NCBI GenBank assembly: GCA_021800135.1
Contig: JAJYZH010000001.1
Coordinates: forward strand, 1 to 41,237
Direction of reading: 5' to 3'
Length of the DNA stretch: 41,237 nt
DNA from: Candidatus Micrarchaeota archaeon
GTDB lineage: Archaea > Micrarchaeota > Micrarchaeia > Micrarchaeales > Micrarchaeaceae
Shown here: positions 1 through 8,204 of the stretch, piece after piece
Layout of the letters: each line of letters opens with the position of its first letter
Numbering within the stretch: the stretch's first letter is position 1
Program-made: the position numbers and the translations under genes
Notes under the pieces: model-generated
Told to the model about the DNA's origin: nothing
The model's database searches: none
The model's input: only the letters and a program-made list of their open reading frames with translations

Positions 1-2
1 AT

Positions 3-1106
3 ATGATTTTGGTTGCGTCTTCTTTGTCTATCCTAATACTGTTCTTAATCGAAAAATTTGATAGGAAGTGGAGTCCAAATAGGAAGCAAGAGACAGGACT
101 TGTGCTTAGGCCTAGCTATGTACTACTTTTCGCCGCGGGAATAATCTCTGTTTTGGTCATCGAGTTCTTGGTTTACTATTTACTAACGGACCAACCATTT
201 TTCGTATTAAAGTACTATAATAGCAATATACCTAATACTTTTGGATTGATGTACAACGCCATAGTAACATTTGTACCATATGTTCTGCCACAGACTAAAC
301 TGTATATAGCATTAATCAATAGCCAGATCCCGGGGCCCTTAATAGGTATTGCGGTTATAGGGGGGGTAATAGCCGTGATTAAGAGGAATAAGATAATGAC
401 GTATATGTTTCTGGTGTACATAATTGGCGTAATCTATTTTATTATAGGTCCGAACTCATTATCCTTGTTTTTCTACAATAACCACCCGTACAACACGATA
501 CTGTTGCAGAGCAGGTATTTCATAATTCTGCTTCCCTACATGTCGCTGCTTGCCGCTTATCTCCTGTTCTTTATTTTCGAGGTGGTAAGGAAAACTGGAG
601 GGTGGAGGGTAGGCAGCATGGTTGTAGTTGTAACCTTGCTGTGTATTTTCGCTCTTGAGCTGCCCCTTTATTCAACGTTTCACTTGCAGAACGTTGCTAC
701 ATTGCAGAACGAAGCCTTATTTGGGAGTGTGGCCGGTTATGTTTCCAGTCTGGCGGGGAACAGTATCGCTACGATTTATACAAACTCTAACGTCAAAGAA
801 AACGATGGTTTCGCCCTTAGTCTGTACGAGTCTATGATGTACTATCTAAGATTTAACCAAGAGTATAAATTCAAAACTATAAATTTCCCATTTTTTAAGG
901 CAAACAATTCGGATACTTGTACAACGGAGATTGGAAATTCTTTCTTGGTAGACCTGTACACCCTGAATAACAGCGCGGGCAACCTAGCGGTTATAAACGA
1001 TTGGTTGGGGAGCAATTGCACTGCCACATATATGAGGGGTTTCAATATAAATACGAAGGTTTCCTCGACCTATATACGGGTGTATAGAATTGAAGCCAAC
1101 GGATGA
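3..1106 (+). CDS. Polytopic membrane protein, C-terminal portion (5' end outside window); probable GT-C-fold glycosyltransferase-like paralog of 1663..3285
   Basis: The frame is open from the window edge. Multiple hydrophobic helices are followed by an Asn/Ser/Thr-rich soluble tail ending YRIEANG. The neighbouring 540-aa protein has the same architecture and a similar ending (YVYKARG). The catalytic N-terminal loop is not in the window, so function is inferred only from the paralog. Confidence 0.5.
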   Translation: MILVASSLSILILFLIEKFDRKWSPNRKQETGLVLRPSYVLLFAAGIISVLVIEFLVYYLLTDQPFFVLKYYNSNIPNTFGLMYNAIVTFVPYVLPQTKLYIALINSQIPGPLIGIAVIGGVIAVIKRNKIMTYMFLVYIIGVIYFIIGPNSLSLFFYNNHPYNTILLQSRYFIILLPYMSLLAAYLLFFIFEVVRKTGGWRVGSMVVVVTLLCIFALELPLYSTFHLQNVATLQNEALFGSVAGYVSSLAGNSIATIYTNSNVKENDGFALSLYESMMYYLRFNQEYKFKTINFPFFKANNSDTCTTEIGNSFLVDLYTLNNSAGNLAVINDWLGSNCTATYMRGFNINTKVSSTYIRVYRIEANG

Positions 1107-1659
1107 TAGAGCAAGGGTGTTTACCGCAATAGACATACCGGATGAGATTAAGGGCAGAGTATACGATAGGATGGAAGACCTTAGGAGGGTTGGAACGATT
1201 AGGTTTGTAGATACAGAGTCATTGCACATAACTCTCAATTTCTTTGGTGATTTGAATAAAATACAACTGGCACACGTAATCAAGGCACTAAACAACCTTA
1301 ATGAAACCAGATTTCCCGTGTCGCTTGGAGGTTTCGACTTCTTCGGTGGGCGTAGACCTGAAGTGATTTTCATAGGGGTTATGGAAGGTGCAGAGGATAT
1401 CAGAAGTATACATTCGAAGCTCCTGGATTCACTTGAAGGTATTGTAATACCGAGGGGAACCAACAGATTCGTGCCGCATCTGACCGTAGGCAGAGTAAGG
1501 CAGTATCAGAAGAACATGGATAAGATTCTCAGCGGTTTTGCTGCCATGCATAGTGATAATATTGGGACCTTTATATGTGATAGGATAGTGCTTAAGAAAA
1601 GCGAATTTGCCTCTGGGAAAGTGGTGCACGTGGAATTGCAGAGGCGTTTACTGCTCTGA
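1090..1659 (+). CDS. ligT: 2H phosphoesterase superfamily protein (LigT/ThpR-type RNA 2',3'-cyclic phosphodiesterase / 2'-5' RNA ligase)
   Basis: Two H-x-T-x motifs occur at the expected spacing (SLHITLNF and VPHLTVGR) in a protein of about 185 aa. The track ORF starts at TTG 1090 and overlaps the upstream stop. GTG 1117 (FTAIDIPDE...) is an equally plausible start. Confidence 0.8.
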   Translation: MKPTDDRARVFTAIDIPDEIKGRVYDRMEDLRRVGTIRFVDTESLHITLNFFGDLNKIQLAHVIKALNNLNETRFPVSLGGFDFFGGRRPEVIFIGVMEGAEDIRSIHSKLLDSLEGIVIPRGTNRFVPHLTVGRVRQYQKNMDKILSGFAAMHSDNIGTFICDRIVLKKSEFASGKVVHVELQRRLLL

Positions 1660-1662
1660 TTG

Positions 1663-3285
1663 TTAGCCTCGGGCCTTGTACACGTAATATGTAAAATTGT
1701 AACTTTCGGTAAGGAGTGTACTATTGCGCGAGAATATGCTGTATGACTGTGCTAATATGTCGTATTTGCGCAGATAGGTAGGGTAAGGACCTACTGTGAA
1801 TATAGGGTGCATGTTGCACTCTTGTTGCAGTGTTTTGTTTACGGATAGGACGTAGTCGTATCTGTTTAATGTCGTGCAGTTGATCTCGTTCGAACTTACG
1901 GTAAAGTTGTATTGGTAATCTGTATAGGGTACGAGGAGGAATAAAAAGTTAGGACCGGAGAGGAAGCCCTGAGCTACCACGATAGAAGAACCTGCAGGCA
2001 GCGTGTCGATGAATTCGCCGAGATTATAGAAAGGATAGGCATAACTGTACATCGACAGTTTTATTGTGTTTATATAATTTATGTTGCTTATTGTGAAAAA
2101 TGCGAGGAGGATAATCAATGTCGCCTCTTTTATGTATAGATAGGGCTTCTTTTTCCTGTTTCCATTCGAAGCCTTTTTGCGTTTGCCTTTAGTAGGTTTG
2201 CCCCATACCAGATCAGCCAGCCCGATTCCCATAATCAGAACTGTTGCTGGTACAATAACCATCAGGTACCTTAGTAATGGTATCCCCCAATCGATCTGAA
2301 TATAATGAGTTAGGTTCATTGTCCCGAACGAGAGGTACAAAAATACAGAAATAAACCATAATGCTGGAATGGATGCATTACGATCTTTATATGCAATGGC
2401 GATAAGCAAAGTTACTATAAATACGAGAAAATACCCCCCCGTTTCTATTAAGTAGATATTTTCAAAAGGCCCGTTTACAGGGAACATGTATTGTAGGTAT
2501 AAATGAAACCCGTATAAGAGTGAGGTTGATGAGCCTCCTGAATAGTTAGTCAATAATCCCATAGGCACGTACATAGGTTTTCCATATGCTAGAGATCCGA
2601 AACCTAGTATTACAATAATCGCTGCTAGAATCCCGGCAATTGCAAACAGCATGCCTTTCGCAAAATAAGGCCTTCCCTCTTTTTTTGACATAAAATAAGC
2701 TAGCGCTATTAGTATAGGGAGAAGTATGAGGATCTCTTCGGCAACAGACAGTATACCTATAGAAGCAGTGAAACCTGTCAGAAACATGAGAGTATAGTTC
2801 AGATTTTTGTTTTTGGTTTTTATGGCATACACGAATAACAGAATTGATAATATGGCAAAAAACGCCATAGCTATGTCATCGCCTCCGCTAGCAACTTGAT
2901 TTATACCTGTTGGAAACTCAGAATAAAAAAGTGCGGCCAATAACCCGGCCTGAGGGCTGTGCAGTTTGCGTCCTAGCAAAAACAGCATCGATATGCTGGC
3001 ACCGTACAAGATTATGTTGTATAGTACTTCGGTAAAAGTGCTTGCGCCAAATATCTTAAAGAATACGGCGGTCCCGGAGAATACAAGGTACTTAAGCGAG
3101 TCTATACCCATACCTACAAGAGACAAAAACCCGTGCGTTTCTAGGTCGTATGAAAGTATGCTGTAATAATATTCGTCTGGTCCTTCCGAACCATAATATC
3201 CATGCATTACTAATACAAGGAAGAGCACCAGAATTGCTGACAATGCCAATATTTGAAAGAGGAATTGTTTAAGATTCTGCACCAT
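1663..3285 (-). CDS. GT-C-fold membrane glycosyltransferase (ArnT/PMT, GT39/GT83-like)
   Basis: ATG start, 540 aa, more than 10 predicted TM helices. The first extracytoplasmic loop carries an acidic DE motif (SEGPDEYYYS) as in ArnT/PMT-type enzymes. A soluble C-terminal domain follows. Confidence 0.65.
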   Translation of the reverse strand: MVQNLKQFLFQILALSAILVLFLVLVMHGYYGSEGPDEYYYSILSYDLETHGFLSLVGMGIDSLKYLVFSGTAVFFKIFGASTFTEVLYNIILYGASISMLFLLGRKLHSPQAGLLAALFYSEFPTGINQVASGGDDIAMAFFAILSILLFVYAIKTKNKNLNYTLMFLTGFTASIGILSVAEEILILLPILIALAYFMSKKEGRPYFAKGMLFAIAGILAAIIVILGFGSLAYGKPMYVPMGLLTNYSGGSSTSLLYGFHLYLQYMFPVNGPFENIYLIETGGYFLVFIVTLLIAIAYKDRNASIPALWFISVFLYLSFGTMNLTHYIQIDWGIPLLRYLMVIVPATVLIMGIGLADLVWGKPTKGKRKKASNGNRKKKPYLYIKEATLIILLAFFTISNINYINTIKLSMYSYAYPFYNLGEFIDTLPAGSSIVVAQGFLSGPNFLFLLVPYTDYQYNFTVSSNEINCTTLNRYDYVLSVNKTLQQECNMHPIFTVGPYPTYLRKYDILAQSYSIFSRNSTLLTESYNFTYYVYKARG

Positions 3286-3326
3286 TAAAACAACATGTTA
3301 GGTTGGTTATTTGCCTTTACCATAGT

Positions 3327-3932
3327 TCAGCTCTTGATCTGCAAAGTTCTGCCAAACTGGTCTTCTGTGATATTGTTCCTCAATTCTCCTGGGCGATAGG
3401 TTCTATTTAACAAAAGCAGGTTATACGTTGTACCTATTGAGATGTCGATTGCCACATGTCTTATGCTGTCACCGAACATGTCAATCTCGCAAACTCCTAC
3501 CGCCCGTTTACTCAAGACTTCAGTAATTTCCCTTATGTAAGAGTAATCCTCTTTATTCTGTAGCCCTATAAGCCTAGCCTCAAAATTGGGCCTTCTTTGC
3601 GAGTTGAAGAAGATGTTTAACGCGTCTTTCAGTTTTTTATCCAGTTGGGGGTCCTTACGATACAATCTCGCTGCAAACACACTCCTTGAATTCAAATCGT
3701 ATACTGTGAAAATAAAATCGTAGGTCAGCTCCTTGAATCCTATATATCTCTTTTCCTTGACACTTGTATATACATATTTTCCGAACTCGCCCGGATTGAT
3801 ATATGTTATGTCCTTGTGCTCTTCAAGTTTTGAAACTGAGATATGCTGCCTTTCTTTATATGTCTTTATAAATGGCGCTTGCCCGAATCCTTTTGATCCG
3901 ATAGCTTCGAGTAGCATATTGGTAAAGGGCAT
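3327..3932 (-). CDS. Hypothetical soluble protein
   Basis: Clean 201-aa ORF with ATG start and non-repetitive composition, co-oriented with its neighbours. I recognise no diagnostic motif. Confidence 0.55.
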   Translation of the reverse strand: MPFTNMLLEAIGSKGFGQAPFIKTYKERQHISVSKLEEHKDITYINPGEFGKYVYTSVKEKRYIGFKELTYDFIFTVYDLNSRSVFAARLYRKDPQLDKKLKDALNIFFNSQRRPNFEARLIGLQNKEDYSYIREITEVLSKRAVGVCEIDMFGDSIRHVAIDISIGTTYNLLLLNRTYRPGELRNNITEDQFGRTLQIKS

Positions 3933-4016
3933 CGCGTCACGGAGATTTATAATGTTTGATTTGCAGGTAATTTATATATGCATTTTTGTTTGGACTATCT
4001 GATTGTGGATAGTGTT

Positions 4017-4973
4017 TTACTTGAATGAATATCCATGGTTACCTGATTTGTGTACAAACGAAACATTACCATATAAGGTGCCATTATACTGAGGAAAGGC
4101 GTAATCCTTCGCGTTTCCGTCAAGGGGCCACCAGCCCAAGAGGGAAGTTAAATTCGCAGGCAGACCACCAATACCTTCAGCATATAGAGTAGATACTTCT
4201 GTCTGATTAAGCATGCTGCCGTATATCTGGATGTTTGACATGTATCCATCATATTCAACGTCTACTAGGCCGGGGGCATAAGGTATGTAATAGGAGATAT
4301 AGACTTTTGTGTGCTTTATAAGGAGACCTTTAATCGCAGGTCCCCATTCGTAATTGCTGTTATTGTTGTCCACCATGCCGGCACTGGAGAATATTGGGCT
4401 ACCGTCTGCATATACGACAAAACTTCCATTTTTGTATGTTTCGATGATTTGAACCCACTTTTTGGTCCAGTTTTCTATTCTATACTCTTCAGTGCACTTT
4501 GGTTCAAAGGAGCTATTAATAGTGCATATATTCAGATTGAATTTTCCGTTGCCGCGCCATTCCAGGTATATCTGCGGTAATTCGTTACTACCGTTGTCTA
4601 TATCCATGAGGTCCTCTGAGTAGTTTACCCCGCTTACACCGTCGCCCACCCTCAGCGGATAGAACCAGAACGCCAGGGTAAAACTATTGTTTATTGTTAT
4701 GTTTGTCTGTGATAATATATAACTGGCCTGCTTTGAATAGCCGTTAAAATAGCCTACATAATTGGGAGGGCTATTTGAGCAGTTTCCGACCAAAACGGGA
4801 GTGTACCCCATTGAAACGTGACAGTAGCTGGTAGGGAGGGTTTGCTGCTGTGATAGCTGTGATTGCGTTCCGTTTATTAAAATCAGGGCACCGATGAAGA
4901 GCAGGATTACTACCGCCCCGAGTATAAGCATATAGTTCTTCGCAGATGCATGTGGGTTACTTTTTCCGACCAT
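4017..4973 (-). CDS. Membrane-anchored LamG / concanavalin-A-like lectin-fold protein
   Basis: An N-terminal hydrophobic anchor (LILGAVVILLFIGALILI) is followed by LamG_3-like landmarks in order: YFNG...FTLAFWFYP, WVQIIETYKNGSFVVYADG, YDGYMSNIQIYGSMLNQTEVSTLYAEG. The C-terminus then carries GWWPLDGNAKDY...YNGTLYGNVSF, which normally opens such a domain. Confidence 0.6.
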   Translation of the reverse strand: MVGKSNPHASAKNYMLILGAVVILLFIGALILINGTQSQLSQQQTLPTSYCHVSMGYTPVLVGNCSNSPPNYVGYFNGYSKQASYILSQTNITINNSFTLAFWFYPLRVGDGVSGVNYSEDLMDIDNGSNELPQIYLEWRGNGKFNLNICTINSSFEPKCTEEYRIENWTKKWVQIIETYKNGSFVVYADGSPIFSSAGMVDNNNSNYEWGPAIKGLLIKHTKVYISYYIPYAPGLVDVEYDGYMSNIQIYGSMLNQTEVSTLYAEGIGGLPANLTSLLGWWPLDGNAKDYAFPQYNGTLYGNVSFVHKSGNHGYSFK

Positions 4974-5153
4974 GACGATATTTGTATATGCTTATTTTTA
5001 AATATTTGTGTTGATTCTGCTGTTTTTATGACGTTCTGGGATATGGGATATAGGGAAAGTATATATTCTTTTGCGTGGCAACATCTTCAATAAAGGCTCT
5101 GTATTCATAAAGTCTAGTTTACCCAATAGTTCTTAAGTTTTTGCGGCTAAACT

Positions 5154-5162
5154 AAAGATATA
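5154..5162 (+). promoter_or_regulatory. Candidate TATA box for rpoD (near-leaderless transcript)
   Basis: AAAGATATA is centred about 28 nt upstream of the rpoD ATG (5186) in an AT-rich 212-nt intergenic region. Confidence 0.35.
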
Positions 5163-5185
5163 GACGCAGTACCCGAAGTGAAGGC

Positions 5186-5755
5186 ATGGAATTGAAGCCT
5201 CTTGAAGATAACGACAAGGTATACAGGTTCAGTCTTAACGGAGTTAGCGTCGCGTATGCGAATGCGCTCAGGAGGGCATCTATAAACAGCGTACCAGTAT
5301 TCGCTATAGACAGAATTACTTTCTATGAGAATACAAGTCCAATGTTTGATGAGTATATAGCTCATAGGATAGGATTGGTTCCAGTCTTAACCCCGTCTAA
5401 AGGCTATGATGAAAAGGATGAGATACTGTTCACTCTTGACGCTACTGGGCCTAAGACCGTTTACTCCAAGGAGCTCCCAAGCTCAGACAAAAGTGTGAAG
5501 GTCGCCAATGATGGCATACCAATCATAAAGCTCGCTGCTGAGCAGAGGCTTAGACTGGAAGGCAAAGCCATCACGGGGACGGCGCTTAGGCACTCTAAGT
5601 TCCAACCGGGCCTTATTACCTATGAGCAGAAAGGAGATGACTCATTTGATTTTTACGTTGAAAGTTTCGGCCAAATGCCACCCAAAGAAATCATTAATAA
5701 GGCTTGCAACGAATTAATTGAAGGAGTCAAGGAAGTTGCAAAGAAAGTCAAATGA
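5186..5755 (+). CDS. rpoD: DNA-directed RNA polymerase subunit D (Rpo3, Rpb3/alpha homolog), short form
   Basis: N-terminal AYANALRRASINSVPVFAID signature and HRIGLVPV are present. It sits in the conserved position upstream of rpl18e-rpl13-rps9-rpoN. At 189 aa it has no Cys-rich Fe-S domain. Confidence 0.9.
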   Translation: MELKPLEDNDKVYRFSLNGVSVAYANALRRASINSVPVFAIDRITFYENTSPMFDEYIAHRIGLVPVLTPSKGYDEKDEILFTLDATGPKTVYSKELPSSDKSVKVANDGIPIIKLAAEQRLRLEGKAITGTALRHSKFQPGLITYEQKGDDSFDFYVESFGQMPPKEIINKACNELIEGVKEVAKKVK

Positions 5756-5763
5756 AGAGATAC

Positions 5764-5850
5764 GCGGGGGTGGCAGAGCTTGGCCAAATGCGCAGGACTG
5801 AGGCTCCTGTGTCTTTAGTGACTGCGCGAGTTCAAATCTCGCCCCCCGCA
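5764..5850 (+). tRNA. tRNA-Leu (anticodon GAG), class II with long variable arm, no intron
   Basis: Hand fold: acceptor GCGGGGG/CCCCCGC, discriminator A, anticodon arm CAGGA-CUGAGGC-UCCUG, variable arm with GUC/GAC stem, T-arm GCGAG-TTCAAAT-CTCGC. Confidence 0.9.
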
Positions 5851-5861
5851 TGTGTGATTAA

Positions 5862-6209
5862 ATGAGCGCAATTGAAAGGGATGATATAAAGAGGCTCATA
5901 GAGGCACTCAGGGATAACGTAAGGTCTGGCAAGAAGAGGGATCTTTCTAGGAAGCTCCTGAAGCTAGTAGATGTGCCTGCGAGGAGGAGAATCAGTGTGA
6001 ACCTTTACAAGCTTGACAAGCTTACTCATGAGGGAGACAGCGTAATAGTCCCGGGGAAGGTACTTGCGGATGGCAGCATAAGCCACAAATTGAATATAGC
6101 CGCCTTGGAGTACTCGAAAGGGGCATCGGTAGCGCTTGGCAATGCGGGAGCCAAGTTGGGCGAAATAAGGGAGATGCTGGAAACAAAGAACGTAAAGATA
6201 ATAGTGTAG
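5862..6209 (+). CDS. rpl18e: 50S ribosomal protein L18e
   Basis: 115 aa with VNLYKL...VIVPGKVLADG...IAALEYSKGA pattern, in the conserved position between rpoD and rpl13. Confidence 0.85.
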   Translation: MSAIERDDIKRLIEALRDNVRSGKKRDLSRKLLKLVDVPARRRISVNLYKLDKLTHEGDSVIVPGKVLADGSISHKLNIAALEYSKGASVALGNAGAKLGEIREMLETKNVKIIV

Positions 6210-6217
6210 TGTTTATC

Positions 6218-6670
6218 ATGGAAAAGCTGAATGTAGGGGATTTTGAGGTTTTTGACGCAAATGGCAAGGTAGCAGGAAGGCTGGCCAGCGTAGTCGCAAA
6301 GCATGTGATGCTGGGGAGGAAGGTCGCAGTGGTAAACGCAGAAAGAGCCATAATAAGCGGTAACAAGAAGGTTATAATAGACAACTACAAGACGAGGGTT
6401 AATCTAAAGAACAAGGCCAACCCAGACCATTCGCCTTACTGGCCGAGAAGGCCGGATATGCTGCTTAAAAGGATAATAAGAGGCATGCTGCCGTACAGGA
6501 TGCCGCGCGGCAAGAATGCCTACAGAAACCTGCGCGTTTTCATGGGCATGCCGGATGAATTCAAGGGAGCAAAAGTGATAGAGATAGAGTCAAAGGATCC
6601 AAGGAGCATGTATACTGGCTACCTTACGATAAAGGAGCTGGCGAACCATCTTGGGTATGAAAGGGTGTGA
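6218..6670 (+). CDS. rpl13: 50S ribosomal protein L13
   Basis: Contains GRLASVVAKHVMLGRKVAVVNAE and ...MLPY...G. The track ORF starts at GTG 6209, overlapping the rpl18e stop. I prefer ATG 6218 (MEKLNVGD...). Confidence 0.9.
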   Translation: MEKLNVGDFEVFDANGKVAGRLASVVAKHVMLGRKVAVVNAERAIISGNKKVIIDNYKTRVNLKNKANPDHSPYWPRRPDMLLKRIIRGMLPYRMPRGKNAYRNLRVFMGMPDEFKGAKVIEIESKDPRSMYTGYLTIKELANHLGYERV

Positions 6671-7200
6671 TTGTGCCAGAACAAACAGTTGAGACTGCGG
6701 AAACTAAGACGGCGGTGCAACCTACGGTTGCGGGGCATGAGATTGCAGAGACCAAGACCGCAAGGAAGGCAGTAAGGAGGAAGGTAAAGAAGGAGAAAAG
6801 GGTATTTGTATCAAGCAAAAGAAAGAGGGCAGTAGCAAGGGCAGTAGTGCAGAAAGGAAGCGGCAGGATAGTCGTGAACAGCGTTGATGTTAATCTGATC
6901 GAACCGAGGGAGCTGAGAAGCCTGATGCTGGAGCCCGTAAATGTGCTCAGCATAGCGAGGGATATGGCCAGGGGGCTCAACATAAACGTTAATGTGAGGG
7001 GAGGAGGTAGGAGCGCCCAGGCGCAAGCTGTACGGAGCGCGATAGCGAAGGGCATAGCTGAATACGCAGAGAGCGATACTGTGAGGAAGGAGTACCTGCG
7101 CCACGACAGGTTCATGCTTGTGGACGACTCCAGGAGGGTCGAGCCAAAGAAGTTTAGGGGGCCCAAGGCAAGAGCAAGATTCCAGACAAGCTACAGATGA
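6667..7200 (+). CDS. rps9: 30S ribosomal protein S9 with ~45-aa N-terminal extension
   Basis: Core [21 protein letters not shown] and C-terminal [22 protein letters not shown] are present. There is no in-frame ATG, so the start is GTG 6667 overlapping the rpl13 stop (GTGA). Confidence 0.9.
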   Translation: MIVPEQTVETAETKTAVQPTVAGHEIAETKTARKAVRRKVKKEKRVFVSSKRKRAVARAVVQKGSGRIVVNSVDVNLIEPRELRSLMLEPVNVLSIARDMARGLNINVNVRGGGRSAQAQAVRSAIAKGIAEYAESDTVRKEYLRHDRFMLVDDSRRVEPKKFRGPKARARFQTSYR

Positions 7201-7216
7201 TGTTGAAGATGATAAC

Positions 7217-7417
7217 ATGATGATGCCAGTAAGGTGCTTCACCTGCGGTGCGGTAGTGGCCGACAAGTGGGAGGAGTACGACAAGCGCGTCAACAAGAAC
7301 AAGGAGGATGCCGCTAAGGTACTTGACGACATGGGGGTCAAGAGATACTGCTGCAGGAGGATGTTCCTTAGCAACATAGAGCTCATAGATGAGTTCATCG
7401 AAATAGGAAGGAAGTGA
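7217..7417 (+). CDS. rpoN: DNA-directed RNA polymerase subunit N (Rpo10)
   Basis: [11 protein letters not shown]...RYCCRRM zinc-binding signature. Three consecutive ATGs lie at 7217/7220/7223. The upstream part of the track ORF (7118..) overlaps rps9 out of frame and is ignored. Confidence 0.9.
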   Translation: MMMPVRCFTCGAVVADKWEEYDKRVNKNKEDAAKVLDDMGVKRYCCRRMFLSNIELIDEFIEIGRK

Positions 7418-7425
7418 TGTTCAGT

Positions 7426-7513
7426 GGGGCCGTCTGCTAGCTTGGTAGGCTACTGCCTTGGGGTGGCAGCGACCCGAGTTCAAAAGGCGTGCCTGAAAAT
7501 CTCGGCGGCCCCA
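7426..7513 (+). tRNA. tRNA-Pro (anticodon GGG) with a 15-nt intron in the T-loop
   Basis: Hand fold: acceptor GGGGCCG/CGGCCCC, discriminator A, D-loop AGCUUGGUA, anticodon arm CUGCC-UUGGGGU-GGCAG. T-stem halves CCGAG (7474-7478) and CTCGG (7501-7505) are separated by 22 nt instead of 7. Confidence 0.8.
7485..7499 (+). other. Non-canonical tRNA intron (T-loop, about position 59/60) of tRNA-Pro
   Basis: Removing AGGCGTGCCTGAAAA restores the T-loop TTCAAAT. The junction is ambiguous by 1-2 nt because of A runs. Confidence 0.65.
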
Positions 7514-7535
7514 AAAATTAAGTATAAGTGAATTT

Positions 7536-8168
7536 ATGGCTGAAGAAGAGAACTTTATGACGGACAAGGAGGACTACCTTAAGATGGGAATGAACATCGC
7601 TACGAGGACGAAGAGCCCTGGCATGAAGAAGTTCATCTACAAGACAAGGGAGGACGGCCTTTACCTGCTTGACCTTAAGACTATAGACGAGAGGATAAAG
7701 GTAGCTGCCGATATGATTGCGAGGTACGACCCCAAGGATATAATAGTTACCGTATCTAGGCTTTACGCCATAACTGCAGGAGAGAAGTTTGCGGAGATGA
7801 TAGGTGCGAGGTTCATAAAGGGCAGAGTGGCACCGGGCATATTCACAAACCCCCACAAGGAGGGGTTCACAGAACCAAAGCTCATCATAATAAGCGATAC
7901 CAGGAATGAGAAGCAGGCTGTGCGGGAGGCCAGCATAGTCAACATACCCATAATAGCGCTCTGCGATACAGACAACTCTACTAAGTTTGTCGACCTTATA
8001 ATGCCGGTCAACAACAGAGGAAGGAAGGCCCTGGCCTTTACGTATTACCTGCTTGCAAGGGAGACGCTTAAAGCAAGAGGCGATATAAAAAGCAATGAGG
8101 AGTTCAAGAGCATGCCGGATGAGTTTGAGGCGAAGCTTGAGGACAACAAAATGGCTGCGCAGCAATGA
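7536..8168 (+). CDS. rps2: 30S ribosomal protein S2
   Basis: ATG start, 210 aa, typical archaeal S2 N-terminus (YLKMGMNIATRTK...), IIALCDTDN motif. It begins 22 nt after tRNA-Pro. Confidence 0.9.
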   Translation: MAEEENFMTDKEDYLKMGMNIATRTKSPGMKKFIYKTREDGLYLLDLKTIDERIKVAADMIARYDPKDIIVTVSRLYAITAGEKFAEMIGARFIKGRVAPGIFTNPHKEGFTEPKLIIISDTRNEKQAVREASIVNIPIIALCDTDNSTKFVDLIMPVNNRGRKALAFTYYLLARETLKARGDIKSNEEFKSMPDEFEAKLEDNKMAAQQ

Positions 8169-8204
8169 TTGCGGATGCAGCCGATCTGATTTTTACCGCC
8201 AGTC

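Noticed and set aside
3327-3932. Faint resemblance of the hypothetical protein to CheD-type deamidases (ARLIG...N...I....L......EIDMFGD..R.V.ID...G)
   Set aside because: The resemblance is pattern-level only. The catalytic Cys and His contexts are not present, no chemotaxis genes are nearby, and I cannot run a profile search. It is left as hypothetical.
5186-5755. RpoD is only 189 aa and lacks a Cys-rich Fe-S domain
   Set aside because: I considered this as a truncation. Short cluster-less RpoD forms are, to my knowledge, normal in several archaeal lineages. The ORF is intact with the conserved N- and C-terminal dimerisation segments.
6624-8165. Minus-strand ORFs 6624..7166, 6811..7398 and 7518..8165 opposite rps9, rpoN and rps2
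   Set aside because: They are antisense or out of frame relative to strongly recognisable ribosomal and RNAP genes, with no motifs of their own.
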